Below are positions 18,114 through 29,498 of a DNA stretch of 51,818 bases, in pieces. The notes under the pieces are model-generated. The model was not told where the DNA came from, ran no database searches, and saw nothing but the letters and a program-made list of their open reading frames with translations. The stretch comes from Obrimoposthia wandeli (taxonomy: Eukaryota): the NCBI GenBank assembly GCA_977020255.1, contig CDROCS010006357.1, forward strand, positions 186,001-237,818, read 5' to 3'. A program made the translations under genes and the position numbers. Each line of letters starts with the position of its first letter. The stretch's first letter is position 1.

Positions 18114-19487
18114 ATGTCAAATGAGCAGATTATTTGGGATCAAGCACTGATAGAAAAGTATAACTACTCAGGTCCTCGTTATACCTCTTATCCAACCGCC
18201 CTTGAATTTCATGAAGCCTTTACTCCTGCAGAATTTGATATGGCTTGTGCGCAATATCCAGATCGCAAGCTTTCACTTTATATTCATATCCCGTTCTGCC
18301 ATAAGCTTTGTTATTACTGTGGCTGTAATAAGATTATCACCCGTCACCAACATAAAGCCGATCAATACCTTGATGCCTTAGAACAAGAGATTCGTCAACG
18401 CGCCTCTTTGTTAGGTGATCGCCAAGTAAGCCAATTGCATTGGGGTGGTGGTACACCAACGTTTTTAACTAAGAAGCAAGCTAGCCGTTTGATGGCACTG
18501 TTACGCGACCAGTTTTCATTTAATGCAGATGCTGAAATCAGTATTGAAGTTGACCCGCGTGAAATTGAGTTGGACATGCTTGACCACTTACGTAGCGAAG
18601 GTTTCAACCGTTTAAGCATTGGTGTTCAAGATTTTAATAAAGAAGTGCAAAAGCTGGTTAACCGCGAGCAAGATGAAGACTTCATTGTTGCCATGGTACA
18701 GCGCGCTAAAGAGTTAGGTTTCCGTTCGACGAATCTTGATTTGATTTATGGTTTGCCAAAACAAAACCGTGAACTATTTGCAGAAACATTACAGCAAGTA
18801 CTGAAGATGAAACCCGGACGTTTATCGGTGTTTAATTACGCGCACATGCCCAGTTTATTTGCGGCTCAGCGTAAAATTAAAGATGACCAGCTGCCATCTG
18901 CGAATGAAAAATTAGGCATTCTGCAAGATACCATTGCCACGTTAACCGGTGCTGGTTATCAGTTTATTGGTATGGATCACTTCGCTTTACCTGATGATGA
19001 ATTAGCTGTAGCCCAACGCAATGGTGTTCTACACCGTAATTTCCAAGGCTATGCGACACAAGGCGATTGTGATTTATTAGGTATGGGTGTTTCGGCAATC
19101 TCAATGATTGGCGACTGTTATGCACAAAACCAGAAAGAGCTGAAAGCCTACTATTCGGATGTACAAGAAAAGCGTCAAGCATTGTGGAAAGGGGTATCTC
19201 TTGATGCCGATGACTTGTTGCGTCGTGAAGTGATTAAAGCGTTAATTTGTAACTTCCAGCTTGATATGAAAGATATTGAGCAGCGATTCAATTTAACCTT
19301 CAATGAATACTTTGCTGAAGATCTCGGTTTGCTTAAAACCTTTATCAATGATGAGTTAGTTACCATCGATGGTCAGTTTATTCATGTTGAGCTAAAAGGA
19401 CGCTTGCTGATCCGTAATATTTGCATGTGCTTTGATAAGTACTTGCGTGACCGAGCACGTCAGCAGCAATTCTCTCGTGTTATCTAA
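18114..19487 (+). CDS. hemN: Oxygen-independent coproporphyrinogen III oxidase
   Basis: GPRYTSYPT, radical SAM CHKLCYYC, HWGGGTP, HRNFQGY. Confidence 0.97.
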   Translation: MSNEQIIWDQALIEKYNYSGPRYTSYPTALEFHEAFTPAEFDMACAQYPDRKLSLYIHIPFCHKLCYYCGCNKIITRHQHKADQYLDALEQEIRQRASLLGDRQVSQLHWGGGTPTFLTKKQASRLMALLRDQFSFNADAEISIEVDPREIELDMLDHLRSEGFNRLSIGVQDFNKEVQKLVNREQDEDFIVAMVQRAKELGFRSTNLDLIYGLPKQNRELFAETLQQVLKMKPGRLSVFNYAHMPSLFAAQRKIKDDQLPSANEKLGILQDTIATLTGAGYQFIGMDHFALPDDELAVAQRNGVLHRNFQGYATQGDCDLLGMGVSAISMIGDCYAQNQKELKAYYSDVQEKRQALWKGVSLDADDLLRREVIKALICNFQLDMKDIEQRFNLTFNEYFAEDLGLLKTFINDELVTIDGQFIHVELKGRLLIRNICMCFDKYLRDRARQQQFSRVI

Positions 19488-19501
19488 TATAGCTTAGCAC
19501 T

Positions 19502-19563
19502 AAAAAAAGCCCTCATACTCAACGTTAATGATCAGCATTAATTTTGAGTATGAGGGCTTTTTT
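19502..19563. terminator. Long bidirectional terminator between hemN and add
   Basis: A7-GCCCTCATACTCAA-cg-TTAATG-atcag-CATTAA-tt-TTGAGTATGAGGGC-T6. Confidence 0.9.
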
Positions 19564-19568
19564 AATGA

Positions 19569-20570
19569 TTAGCGTTGAGCGGCTTTATCTTTTAGCTGTT
19601 GTTTTTCAGCATCAGATAAGAAAGCCAGTTCTAGGCCGTTAATCTGCGCCTGACGAATTTGCTCTTGAGTAAGACCGACTTTCTGTGCTGCTACGTCATA
19701 TTCGTGAGGAAGCTCGATACCTTCGACCGCAGGATCATCGGTATTTAGACATGCTAAAATACCATGTTCTAAAAACTGCTTAACAGGGTGAGAAGCAAAC
19801 GACTCAACGGTACTCGTTTGAATGTTTGATGTTAGGCAAGATTCAATACCAATCTTGTTTGCTGCTAGATAATCCATCAGTTTTGGATCATGTACCGCTT
19901 TAACTCCGTGACCGATACGCACAGCACCAAGCTCTTGAATAGCTTGCCACATACTTTCTGGTCCTGCTGCTTCACCGGCGTGAACCGTAACACGTAGACC
20001 TGCATCACGTACTTGTGTGAAGTGCTTGATAAAGCGATCGCCTGGTTGACCTAATTCATCACCAGCCAAATCAATTGCGACTAACTTATCTTTTTGCGTC
20101 AGTAAGCCATCAAGTTCTTGCTGACAAGCTTCTTGACCAAAAGTACGGCTAAGAATACCGATTAAGTTCGCTTGAATACCGAAATCTCGACAGCCCGCTG
20201 CGACACCATCAACGACTGCTTCCACAACACCTGCGATCGGAAGGTTGTGTTTCATTGCCATGTAGTATGGCGAAAAACGTAATTCAGCGTAATCAATTTG
20301 TGCGTTCAATGCATCTTCAACGTTTTCGTAGGCAACGCGTCGACATGCTTCAAGGTCACCAAGAACAGCCACACCCCAATCGAGCTTAGACAGGAAAGCC
20401 ACTAAGCTTGGCTCAGCTTCAACGATCTGTACGTGAGGGCGTAACCCTTCAAGATCCGTTGCAGGCAATGTCATTCCAAATTGTTGACCAAGGTCTAAAA
20501 TTGTTTGAATGCGGATATTACCGTCCAAATGGCGGTGAAGGTCGGTAAGGGGAAGCTGCTTCGTAATCAT
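19569..20570 (-). CDS. add: Adenosine deaminase
   Basis: [29 protein letters not shown]. Start taken at MITKQLP (20570). Confidence 0.96.
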   Translation of the reverse strand: MITKQLPLTDLHRHLDGNIRIQTILDLGQQFGMTLPATDLEGLRPHVQIVEAEPSLVAFLSKLDWGVAVLGDLEACRRVAYENVEDALNAQIDYAELRFSPYYMAMKHNLPIAGVVEAVVDGVAAGCRDFGIQANLIGILSRTFGQEACQQELDGLLTQKDKLVAIDLAGDELGQPGDRFIKHFTQVRDAGLRVTVHAGEAAGPESMWQAIQELGAVRIGHGVKAVHDPKLMDYLAANKIGIESCLTSNIQTSTVESFASHPVKQFLEHGILACLNTDDPAVEGIELPHEYDVAAQKVGLTQEQIRQAQINGLELAFLSDAEKQQLKDKAAQR

Positions 20571-20745
20571 AATTATTGGTGTCCCGATAAAAACTGGTGT
20601 GTAAGTATACGCAAAGAACAAATGGCGATCATTATAGTCTGAGTGAATATTCGTTGATGTGAGTAGAAACTGTATTGATGTTTACTGTATCTGTTGATTT
20701 ATTATCATATTCATCAATGATTGCTGGTAATGCTAATACGATAAT

Positions 20746-20780
20746 AAAAAAACCTATTTGATTGCTCAAATAGGTTTTTT
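20746..20780 (-). terminator. Terminator downstream of glnG
   Basis: A7-CCTATTTG-attgct-CAAATAGG-T6. Confidence 0.85.
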
Positions 20781-20823
20781 CTTCGGCAACACAGGGAAGG
20801 TTACATGTGGTTGCTAGTCATGA

Positions 20824-22239
20824 TTAATCGGATGACATATTCAGCTCTTTGAGTTTACGAGTTAGGGTGTTTCTGCCCCAGCCGAGTAGTTTGGCGGCTT
20901 CTTGTTTATGACCGTGAGTGTGTTCCAGTGCTGTTTCGAGTAATATTTTTTCAAATTCTGGTAACGCTTCACCAAGTAAATTATCGTTTCCTTTTTGAAG
21001 TGCTGTTCTTGCCCAGCATTGTAAAGAATGATGCCAGTGTGCATCGGTTCGCTCACCATTGATTATTGCGGGGGTTTCTAGTAGCTCGGGTGGGAGATCG
21101 GATGGCAGTATTTCATTGCCACTTGCCATCACCGTTAACCAGCGACAGGTGTTTTCTAACTGCCTAACATTACCCGGCCAATTGAGATTCGTGATCACAT
21201 CGACAGTATCTGGATGCAACGTCTTCACTTCAACGGCAAGCTCATCTGACGCCCGTTGTAAGAAGTGTCGTGTCAATTGTGGTATATCTTGGCGGCGATC
21301 TTTTAATGACGGGATATGTACTCGAATAACATTTAAACGGTGGAATAAATCTTCTCGGAATCCGCCATCGGCAACCAGTTGTTCGAGGTTTTGGTGTGTT
21401 GCTGCGATAATGCGAACATCGACATTAACCGCAGAGTGTCCACCAACGCGATAAAATTGTCCGTCAGCCAATACACGTAATAATCGGGTTTGAATATCTA
21501 ATGGCATATCGCCGATTTCATCAAGAAACAGTGTGCCGCCATTTGCTTGTTCAAATCGTCCTTGTCGTACGCTATTGGCACCTGTAAATGCCCCTTTTTC
21601 ATGACCGAACAATTCAGATTCAATTAAATCTTTGGGTATTGCGGCCATATTCAAAGCAATAAAAGCTTGCTTGTTACGTGGGCTATGACGGTGCAGGGCG
21701 TGGGCGACTAATTCTTTACCTGTGCCTGATTCACCGTTAATTAATACCGAAATCGATGAGCGAGATAAACGACCGATTGCACGGAATACTTCCTGCATTG
21801 CCGGGGCTTCACCGATAATTTCCGGTACTGCTTTAGTGTCACTTTCTGGCTGCTGTTGGCGTTTTTGCTCTTGGCTATGAGTTACCGCACGCTCAACAAG
21901 GTTGACGGCTTCATCGATATCAAAAGGCTTCGGGAGGTATTCGAATGCCCCTTCTTGATAGGCGTTGACTGCGGCATCAAGGTCAGAGTGTGCCGTCATG
22001 ATGATAACGGGCAATTCTGGGTAATCTTTTTGCAGTGAACGAAGCAGTGTTAATCCATCAGTGCCTGGCATACGGAGATCGGAAACCAAGACATCTGGAA
22101 CATTACGCTCTAATGCCTCAATAACACTATCGGCACTGGCAAAGGTTTCACATTGTAATCCGGCTGTATTGAGTGTGCGTTCTAATACCCAACGAATCGA
22201 GCTGTCATCATCAACAACCCATATCAATCCTTTGCTCAT
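20824..22239 (-). CDS. glnG: Nitrogen regulation response regulator NtrC
   Basis: Receiver domain (VVDDD, SDLRMPG), sigma54 AAA+ ([14 protein letters not shown]), C-terminal Fis-type HTH ([16 protein letters not shown]). Confidence 0.97.
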   Translation of the reverse strand: MSKGLIWVVDDDSSIRWVLERTLNTAGLQCETFASADSVIEALERNVPDVLVSDLRMPGTDGLTLLRSLQKDYPELPVIIMTAHSDLDAAVNAYQEGAFEYLPKPFDIDEAVNLVERAVTHSQEQKRQQQPESDTKAVPEIIGEAPAMQEVFRAIGRLSRSSISVLINGESGTGKELVAHALHRHSPRNKQAFIALNMAAIPKDLIESELFGHEKGAFTGANSVRQGRFEQANGGTLFLDEIGDMPLDIQTRLLRVLADGQFYRVGGHSAVNVDVRIIAATHQNLEQLVADGGFREDLFHRLNVIRVHIPSLKDRRQDIPQLTRHFLQRASDELAVEVKTLHPDTVDVITNLNWPGNVRQLENTCRWLTVMASGNEILPSDLPPELLETPAIINGERTDAHWHHSLQCWARTALQKGNDNLLGEALPEFEKILLETALEHTHGHKQEAAKLLGWGRNTLTRKLKELNMSSD

Positions 22240-22312
22240 ACTGACGTCCTCTATTATTGTTATTTCCCTGCCTTTATGACGAGGGATATTGTATTTACAT
22301 ATTGTTTTTACG

Positions 22313-23362
22313 TTACTTTATGGGTAAATAAATCGTGAATTTGGTATGCCCAGGCCAACTCACCACTTCTATTTTACCGTGGTGTTGATCGACCAAGTTA
22401 CGCGCAATGGATAATCCTAACCCTGTGCCGCCTTCTCGGGCCGTTACCATTGGGTAAAAGAGGGTGTCTTGAATCTCATTAGGGATCCCAGGGCCGTCGT
22501 CAATAATGTCTATTTTGGCCGCTAATCGGTATCTTTTTCCTTGAATCAACGCCTGATGTGCAGTACGTGTTTTAAAGGTAATATTCCCCCCGCTCATTTG
22601 CTGTAATTCAAGGGCTGCATTACTCACAATATTCAAGATGGCTTGTTCTAGTTGTTCGGAGTCCATCGTGAAGTCGGGCAAACTCGGATCGTAATCACGA
22701 TGCAGTTTAATATATTCACCGCAGTCGATGCTGACGAGCTGACGCACTTTTTCAAGGATAATATGAATATTATCGACTTTTTGTAAACCGGGCCGCTGCG
22801 GACCCAAAAGTCGGTCGACAAGGTTTCGTAGCCGATCGGCTTGTTCGATGATCATTTGGGTATATTCAGTGTAACTGGGGTCTGGAAGGGTTTTTTCGAG
22901 TAACTGGGCTGCGCCGCGTAATCCGCCTAGTGGATTTTTAATTTCGTGCGCTAAGCCGCGGACTAATTCTTTGGCGGCTTGCTGCTGAGCATGTTGGCTC
23001 AGCTCTTGACTGATACGACGTTGTTGATCGATAGGTTTGAGTTCTAGCAGAATTAATAATTCTTTCTGCCAAGAGATAGGGCTGGCATTTAACTCTACGG
23101 TGTGGCGTTTTCCATCAATAACAAAGGTGACATCGCTATCTGCTAAGCCTTGCCCGCTCTGAAGGGTTGCTTGGATTAACCCTATATCTAATGATGAATG
23201 TTGTAATAGATCTGGAAGGCTGACACCGAGTAGTCGCCGTTTACTGTACGACAGTAATTGCTCTGCCGCTGGATTGACGTAGCGCATGGTTAGCTGTTCA
23301 TCAAGCAATATCACAGCAGTGACTAAATTATCGAGAATTATAGGGGTGAAGGCAGTAGTCAC
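22313..23362 (-). CDS. glnL: Nitrogen regulation sensor kinase NtrB
   Basis: PAS domain, AHEIKNPL H-box, DDGPGI, GTGLGL. Start taken at GTG 23362. Confidence 0.96.
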   Translation of the reverse strand: MTTAFTPIILDNLVTAVILLDEQLTMRYVNPAAEQLLSYSKRRLLGVSLPDLLQHSSLDIGLIQATLQSGQGLADSDVTFVIDGKRHTVELNASPISWQKELLILLELKPIDQQRRISQELSQHAQQQAAKELVRGLAHEIKNPLGGLRGAAQLLEKTLPDPSYTEYTQMIIEQADRLRNLVDRLLGPQRPGLQKVDNIHIILEKVRQLVSIDCGEYIKLHRDYDPSLPDFTMDSEQLEQAILNIVSNAALELQQMSGGNITFKTRTAHQALIQGKRYRLAAKIDIIDDGPGIPNEIQDTLFYPMVTAREGGTGLGLSIARNLVDQHHGKIEVVSWPGHTKFTIYLPIK

Positions 23363-23435
23363 GATTATCATCCTTGTTAATATCAATCAATATGCTCTGT
23401 ACGTATAAAATAGTATAGCGAAGGGATTGATATGA

Positions 23436-23452
23436 CGCACCATATTGGTGCA
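23436..23452. promoter_or_regulatory. NtrC binding site upstream of glnL
   Basis: CGCACCATATTGGTGCA versus consensus TGCACCA-N3-TGGTGCA; analogous to E. coli glnLp autorepression. Confidence 0.85.
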
Positions 23453-23535
23453 TTCAAGTGTAACCTGCCTGTCTACAATAGTGCATTAAAAAATCATGCA
23501 TCAACTTCCATTTCCGAATGAAACTATAGAAACCG

Positions 23536-24135
23536 TTATAACTTAGGGCTCGCAGCCGGTGGTCTGATTTGGGTCTTAGATGCACGATGTAGATAGACGG
23601 TAATACTGTTTGATAATGCAATTATCTTGCCGTCTTTTAAGAGTTGGAGCTGTAATTGATGGCTACCGCGCTCAATGTCGAACAAGCTGAATATTAAGCT
23701 GTTTTGTGGTGCAAGATGGCTATTTCCATCCAGTACTATTTGTACTTTATAGTCTTTGGTTATTTCGCGATTACTGCTTGCGGTAATATCGATATTTCCA
23801 GCATTACTGCGCAGTGTTTGTTCATGTAAAGGGGTGATGAAATTGATTGTGGCGGGTGGAAGAGCTTCAGGTGCTGATGGTAATGTAAACTCAGTGTGTT
23901 CTTCAGAAGCTTCTATCTCATCATTAATGGTGTTTAACGTTACGCTGGGTGGGGTATCTAATTCATACACTTTCGTGTGAGAAACATTAGGTTGATCAGT
24001 AAAGTGGACGACGCCATTTTTATCGACCCAAGAGTAAATTGTTGTCGCTTGTAAAGTAAGAGTAAAGAATAAAAGACTAACGCCGATTGTTATAAAAAAA
24101 GGTGTGTGCATGAGTGTTCTCCCTAGCTGATTCAT
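23536..24135 (-). CDS. DUF4124 domain secreted/periplasmic protein
   Basis: Signal peptide then TIYSWVDKNGVVHFTDQP, plus an Ig-like C-terminal domain. Confidence 0.85.
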   Translation of the reverse strand: MNQLGRTLMHTPFFITIGVSLLFFTLTLQATTIYSWVDKNGVVHFTDQPNVSHTKVYELDTPPSVTLNTINDEIEASEEHTEFTLPSAPEALPPATINFITPLHEQTLRSNAGNIDITASSNREITKDYKVQIVLDGNSHLAPQNSLIFSLFDIERGSHQLQLQLLKDGKIIALSNSITVYLHRASKTQIRPPAASPKL

Positions 24136-24168
24136 TATCTTTTCAGCTTTGAAGAAGGCAACAAGATC

Positions 24169-24195
24169 AAAAAGGCCTACTTGTGAAGTAGGCCT
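24169..24195 (-). terminator. Intrinsic terminator of glnA
   Basis: AAAAAGGCCTAC-ttgtgaa-GTAGGCCT (U-run on the minus strand). Confidence 0.85.
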
Positions 24196-24226
24196 AAATC
24201 TTATTATTTAGTAATTAATCAATTAC

Positions 24227-25636
24227 TTATACAGAGTAGTAAAGTTCAAACTCAAGTGGGTGAGTTGTCATGTTTATTTTCTCTACATCTGCAGACTTCA
24301 GTTTGATGTAAGAATCAATAAAGTCATCAGAGAATACACCGCCAGTTGTTAAGAACTCACGATCGTCATCTAGGCTCTTTAGGGCGATTTCTAGCGATTC
24401 TGCTACTTTTGGAATTTCAGCTGCTTCTTCAGCAGGAAGATCATACAGATCTTTATCCATTGCTTCGCCTGGGTGAATCTTGTTTTGAATACCGTCAAGA
24501 CCAGCCATTAGCATTGCTGCGAATGCTAGATATGGGTTAGCCGCTGGATCGCCGAAACGTATTTCGATACGACGTGCTTTCGGGCTTGGTACCACAGGGA
24601 TACGGATAGAAGCAGAACGGTTACGAGCAGAGTATGCAAGCATTACTGGTGCTTCGTAACCCGGTACAAGACGCTTGTACGAGTTCGTTGCAGGGTTAGC
24701 AAAAGCATTGATTGCGCGTGCGTGCTTAATGATACCGCCAATGTAGTAGATTGCCATTTCTGAAAGGCCGCCGTACTTATCGCCAGCAAATAAGTTCTGT
24801 CCGTCTTTATTTAGAGACATGTGAACGTGCATACCTGAACCGTTATCACCAACGAGTGGCTTCGGCATGAAGGTTGCTGTTTTACCAAATGCATGTGCAA
24901 CGTTGTGTACAACGTACTTATAGATTTGGATTTCATCGGCTTTCGTGGTTAGCGTGTTGAAGCGAGTCGCGATTTCATTCTGACCCGCTGTCGCTACTTC
25001 GTGGTGGTGTGCTTCAACAACAAGACCCATTTCTTCCATGATTAGACACATAGCAGAACGGATGTCTTGAGATGAATCAACAGGTGCTACTGGGAAGTAA
25101 CCGCCTTTAACGCCAGGACGGTGCCCTTTGTTACCGCCTTCGAAATCAGCACCAGTGTTCCAAGCTGCTTCTACATCATCAATTTTGAAGAAAGAACCTG
25201 ACATGTCAGTGTTGAATTTAACATCGTCAAATAGGAAGAATTCAGGTTCAGGACCAACAAGTACGGTGTCTGCTAGACCCGTCGAGCGCATAAATTCTTC
25301 AGCGCGTTTTGCGATTGAACGTGGGTCGCGATCGTAGCCTTGCATGGTTGCAGGCTCAAGAATGTCACAACGAATATTAAGTGTTGAGTCTTCCGTGAAT
25401 GGGTCAAGTACTGCGCTTGAAGCGTCAGGCATCATCACCATGTCTGATTCATTGATACCTTTCCAACCAGCAACGGATGAACCGTCAAACATTTTGCCGT
25501 CTTCAAAAAAATCGCTATCGATTTGATGAGAAGGAATAGTGATGTGCTGCTCTTTACCTTTGGTATCGGTAAAACGTAGGTCAATAAACTTAACTTCATT
25601 TTCCTGGATCAGCGCTAGTACATTTTCTACTGACAT
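24227..25636 (-). CDS. glnA: Glutamine synthetase type I
   Basis: [35 protein letters not shown] (adenylylated Tyr), [11 protein letters not shown]. Confidence 0.98.
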   Translation of the reverse strand: MSVENVLALIQENEVKFIDLRFTDTKGKEQHITIPSHQIDSDFFEDGKMFDGSSVAGWKGINESDMVMMPDASSAVLDPFTEDSTLNIRCDILEPATMQGYDRDPRSIAKRAEEFMRSTGLADTVLVGPEPEFFLFDDVKFNTDMSGSFFKIDDVEAAWNTGADFEGGNKGHRPGVKGGYFPVAPVDSSQDIRSAMCLIMEEMGLVVEAHHHEVATAGQNEIATRFNTLTTKADEIQIYKYVVHNVAHAFGKTATFMPKPLVGDNGSGMHVHMSLNKDGQNLFAGDKYGGLSEMAIYYIGGIIKHARAINAFANPATNSYKRLVPGYEAPVMLAYSARNRSASIRIPVVPSPKARRIEIRFGDPAANPYLAFAAMLMAGLDGIQNKIHPGEAMDKDLYDLPAEEAAEIPKVAESLEIALKSLDDDREFLTTGGVFSDDFIDSYIKLKSADVEKINMTTHPLEFELYYSV

Positions 25637-25719
25637 CTTGAGTAACCTCCGGTGTTAAGATTGGGCAACTGGCCGCAAAAACTTATCAATGCTCGTTGTG
25701 AGCTATCTAAAATAATTAA

Positions 25720-25736
25720 AGCGAAAACCGTGCCAA
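25720..25736 (-). promoter_or_regulatory. sigma54 (-24/-12) promoter of glnA
   Basis: Minus strand TTGGCACGGTTTTCGCT, nearly identical to E. coli glnAp2. Confidence 0.92.
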
Positions 25737-25796
25737 CTTTTAAAAGCCCTAAAATCGCCCTGTTATGGCGTTTTTGGTGCTAAGGGAATCCTTTTC

Positions 25797-25834
25797 TGCA
25801 CCATAGTGGTGATGTTACGCCCTATTATGGTGCA
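25797..25834. promoter_or_regulatory. Tandem NtrC enhancer sites for glnA
   Basis: TGCACCATAGTGGTGAT (25797-25813) and CGCCCTATTATGGTGCA (25818-25834). Confidence 0.85.
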
Positions 25835-26210
25835 TTCGTGTTGAGTGATAACCACGATATGACAACTACTATTAGCTTATGCGTCTATATTGTCAATCTC
25901 ACTATTGCATAATTACGCCGTTTTTGTGTCTTTGATTCTTTGAGCGAATAATGGGCTACAGTTACTCTGAATACGCATAAAAAGATGAAGAATCATTAAA
26001 AAAAAGATGCTTTTTCTTCATTTTTTAGGCAGAAAAAATGCATTAAAAGTGAGGTTTAATAAGGCGTCGCGAACTATTTTTAAAAAACCGGTGATATAAA
26101 TCACATATTACGTGGGTTTTAGCGTAAAATCTGTTAGATTATGAGCCGTTTTTTTAACCAAGTAGCTACCCTCCGTTGGTCGCTGCATGTTCTGAGTGAA
26201 TGTGAAATCC

Positions 26211-28040
26211 ATGTCTAATCAACTGATCGATAAATTAAGAAATATCGCAATTATTGCTCACGTTGACCACGGTAAAACTACCCTGGTTGATAAACTACTA
26301 CAGCAATCTGGCACGTTAGAGAGTCGCGGTGAAGCCGAAGAACGTGTTATGGATTCTAACGATATCGAGAAAGAGCGTGGCATTACCATTCTTGCTAAGA
26401 ACACGGCAATTAACTGGAATGACTACCGCATCAATATCGTAGATACCCCTGGACACGCCGATTTCGGTGGTGAAGTTGAGCGTATCATGTCGATGGTTGA
26501 CTCAGTATTGCTTATCGTTGATGCAGTTGATGGTCCTATGCCACAAACGCGTTTTGTAACGCAAAAAGCATTCGCATACGGCCTTAAGCCAATCGTTGTA
26601 ATCAACAAGATTGACCGTCCTGGCGCACGTCCTGAGTGGGTTATGGATCAAATCTTTGATCTGTTTGATAACCTAGGCGCGACTGATGAGCAACTAGATT
26701 TCACAACTGTTTATGCTTCTGCACTAAACGGTTGGGCAACAATGGAAGATGGCGTTGTTGGCGACGATATGGAACCATTGTTCCAAGCGGTTGTTGATAA
26801 CGTTGCAGCACCATTTGTTGACGTTGATGGCCCACTTCAGATGCAAGTATCTCAACTTGATTACAGCTCTTACGTAGGTGTTATCGGTGTTGCTCGTATC
26901 GCTCGTGGTTCTGTTAAACCAAACCAGCAAGTGACTATCATCAATGCTGAAGGTAAGAAGCGTAACGGTAAAATCGGTACAGTTCTTGGTTACCTTGGTC
27001 TTGAGCGTAACGAAGTTGAAGTCGCTACAGCGGGCGACATCGTCGCTATCACAGGTCTTGGTGAACTGAAAATTTCAGACACTATCTGTGACGTGAACGC
27101 AGTTGAAGCTCTTCCTGCTCTTTCTGTTGATGAACCAACAGTAACCATGACTTTCCAGGTGAACACGTCTCCGTTCGCTGGTAAAGAAGGTAAGTTCGTT
27201 ACTTCACGTAACATTCTTGAGCGTCTGCAGAAAGAACTTGTTCATAACGTAGCATTACGTGTTGAAGAAACTGATAGCCCAGATCGTTTCCGTGTTTCAG
27301 GTCGTGGTGAACTTCACCTATCTATCCTGATCGAAAACATGCGTCGTGAAGGTTTCGAGCTAGCAGTATCTCGTCCAGAAGTAATCATCAAAACTATTGA
27401 TGGTGTGCTAATGGAACCGTTTGAAATGGTAACTATCGATGTGGTTGAAGAGAACCAAGGTAGTGTCATGGAAAACATCGGTATCCGTAAGGGTGAGCTG
27501 AAAGATATGGCACCAGATGGTAAAGGACGTGTTCGCATGGACTTTATGATGCCTTCTCGTGGTCTTATCGGTTTCCAAACAGAGTTCTTAACAATGACCT
27601 CTGGTTCTGGCCTTATCTACCACTCTTACGACCATTACGGTCCACACAAAGGTGGCGTTATCGGTCAACGTTCAAACGGCGTATTGGTCTCTAACGGTAC
27701 AGGTAAAGCAGTAACATACTCACTGTTTAACCTTCAAGAACGTGGTCGTTTGTTCTCTGAGCACGGTGATGAAGTTTATGAAGGTCAGATTATCGGTATT
27801 CACAACCGTGCTAACGATCTGACTATCAACTGTCTTCGTGGTAAGCAGCTGACTAACGTTCGTGCATCTGGTACTGATGAAGCACAAACGCTATCTCCTG
27901 CTATCAAACACACGCTTGAGCAAGCACTAGAATTCATTGATGATGATGAACTAGTAGAAGTTACACCAGTAAGCGTTCGTATCCGTAAGAAACTTCTTAC
28001 TGAAAACGATCGTAAGCGTGCAGGCCGTGCACCGAAGTAA
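26211..28040 (+). CDS. typA: Translational GTPase TypA/BipA
   Basis: [25 protein letters not shown]-terminal LTNVRASG. Start taken at ATG 26211. Confidence 0.98.
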   Translation: MSNQLIDKLRNIAIIAHVDHGKTTLVDKLLQQSGTLESRGEAEERVMDSNDIEKERGITILAKNTAINWNDYRINIVDTPGHADFGGEVERIMSMVDSVLLIVDAVDGPMPQTRFVTQKAFAYGLKPIVVINKIDRPGARPEWVMDQIFDLFDNLGATDEQLDFTTVYASALNGWATMEDGVVGDDMEPLFQAVVDNVAAPFVDVDGPLQMQVSQLDYSSYVGVIGVARIARGSVKPNQQVTIINAEGKKRNGKIGTVLGYLGLERNEVEVATAGDIVAITGLGELKISDTICDVNAVEALPALSVDEPTVTMTFQVNTSPFAGKEGKFVTSRNILERLQKELVHNVALRVEETDSPDRFRVSGRGELHLSILIENMRREGFELAVSRPEVIIKTIDGVLMEPFEMVTIDVVEENQGSVMENIGIRKGELKDMAPDGKGRVRMDFMMPSRGLIGFQTEFLTMTSGSGLIYHSYDHYGPHKGGVIGQRSNGVLVSNGTGKAVTYSLFNLQERGRLFSEHGDEVYEGQIIGIHNRANDLTINCLRGKQLTNVRASGTDEAQTLSPAIKHTLEQALEFIDDDELVEVTPVSVRIRKKLLTENDRKRAGRAPK

Positions 28041-28062
28041 TTCGGTTGTAATAGCTAGCTAG

Positions 28063-28099
28063 AAAATCCCGCCATCGGTTATGCCATGGCGGGTTTTTT
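28063..28099 (+). terminator. Intrinsic terminator of typA
   Basis: CCCGCCAT...ATGGCGGG followed by T6. Confidence 0.85.
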
Positions 28100-28214
28100 G
28101 TATCTGAAAAAAGAAAAAATCACCGAAGATGAATGCAAAAATTCACTGCCGATTTCCCCATGCCAACGTCCTTTCCAGTATACTGCCCACCTCATCGATT
28201 CAGAGTACGACAAC

Positions 28215-28736
28215 ATGCAGCCAATCATTATTACCGGTGGACCAGGTGCTGGTAAAACAACGTTACTGAAGGCATTAAGCCATAAAGGGTATTTAACGTT
28301 TCCTGAAGTGTCTCGTACCTTAATTCAGCAACAAGCAGGTTTAGAAAACGGAGTGTTGCCTTGGACCAATCTTCCCGCTTTTGCTGCGCTTTGTTTAGAG
28401 ATGATGAGCGAGCAGCGTCGATTAGCTCAGAAAGGGGCAATGCCCGCTTTTGTTGATCGTGCTATTCCTGATATTTGTGCTTATCTAACTGTGGGCGGAG
28501 AAATGGTCAGTCAGCATTACCTTGATGCTGCTGCTGGTTATGCTTCTCGAGTGTTTTTTTGCGCACCTCATGAAGCTATCTATCAAGAAGATGATGAACG
28601 CCCTCATAGTTTCATTGAAGCTCAAGCTATTCATGAGCAACTGATAAAGACCTATAAAGCGCTTAACTATGAAGTGATACAAGTGCCATGGGGTGATGTA
28701 GAAGAGCGAGCCTGTTGGATTTTGGCTCGCTTATAA
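28215..28736 (+). CDS. AAA_28-type P-loop ATPase / nucleotide kinase-like protein
   Basis: IITGGPGAGKTTLL, FVDRAIPD, YQEDDER. Start taken at MQPIII (28215); the ORF-track extension runs through the typA terminator. Confidence 0.85.
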   Translation: MQPIIITGGPGAGKTTLLKALSHKGYLTFPEVSRTLIQQQAGLENGVLPWTNLPAFAALCLEMMSEQRRLAQKGAMPAFVDRAIPDICAYLTVGGEMVSQHYLDAAAGYASRVFFCAPHEAIYQEDDERPHSFIEAQAIHEQLIKTYKALNYEVIQVPWGDVEERACWILARL

Positions 28737-28759
28737 TGGTAGGTTGAGCTTTAAAGTAC

Positions 28760-29401
28760 CTAGGCTTTTTTCAACTGAGAGATAAAACGTTCAGACTCAT
28801 CAATGGCGATTTGCATATCATTGATAGCACGTTGAATATCTTTTTGTAGGGATGTAAATTCACCTTGTAGCGAACCGATGGCTGCCGCATTCAAATTGTG
28901 CTTTAGGTACAGCGTATTATCTCGTAATGTATTGAGCACAGGCGCCATTTTGCTTTCAGCTTTGTGCATGGCGCTTAACATTTTTTTATATGACGTTTGG
29001 GTAGCACGCAGTTTTTTTTCACTATCTCGCTTCAATGTTGTGCTGGTATACAGTGAGAGCTCGTCTTCCCATTCATCAAATAAAGCATCAGCAACGTCTT
29101 CGATAGCAGCAATGCGTTCACTGACTTTTTCGGCCGCATCAGAACTGGCTTCGTACTGATCATTTATGTCGTTATAGGTTGTTTCTAAATCCCCGCCATC
29201 GAATTGATTCAGTGCTTTGAGCGCATCTAGCGCGCTGGTGAATTGCTCTTGTGCATCTTGTTGTGCTTTATTCGTATCTTCGACTCGGTCGACCATAATA
29301 TCACGCTTATGTACGCCGACCTTTTCCATGGCGGAATAATAAGCGCTTTGACACCCTGATAGCAGTGTGACACTTAGCAGGATGGTGAGTAGATAGGGCA
29401 T
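28760..29401 (-). CDS. DUF2959-like lipoprotein
   Basis: Lipobox LLSGC, GVHKRDIMVDRV, LYLKHNLNA; coiled-coil. Confidence 0.85.
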   Translation of the reverse strand: MPYLLTILLSVTLLSGCQSAYYSAMEKVGVHKRDIMVDRVEDTNKAQQDAQEQFTSALDALKALNQFDGGDLETTYNDINDQYEASSDAAEKVSERIAAIEDVADALFDEWEDELSLYTSTTLKRDSEKKLRATQTSYKKMLSAMHKAESKMAPVLNTLRDNTLYLKHNLNAAAIGSLQGEFTSLQKDIQRAINDMQIAIDESERFISQLKKA

Positions 29402-29498
29402 CGTAAACTCCTTATTGATGTCGGGTATCTGAATCGTACGCTTTCCTTTCGTAGCGATAAATTCGTATTAGACTTAAAATAGTATAAAAATTAATTAG

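Noticed and set aside
28086-28214. N-terminal extension of the AAA ATPase ORF
   Set aside because: Starts inside the typA terminator; the Walker A domain begins at ATG 28215.
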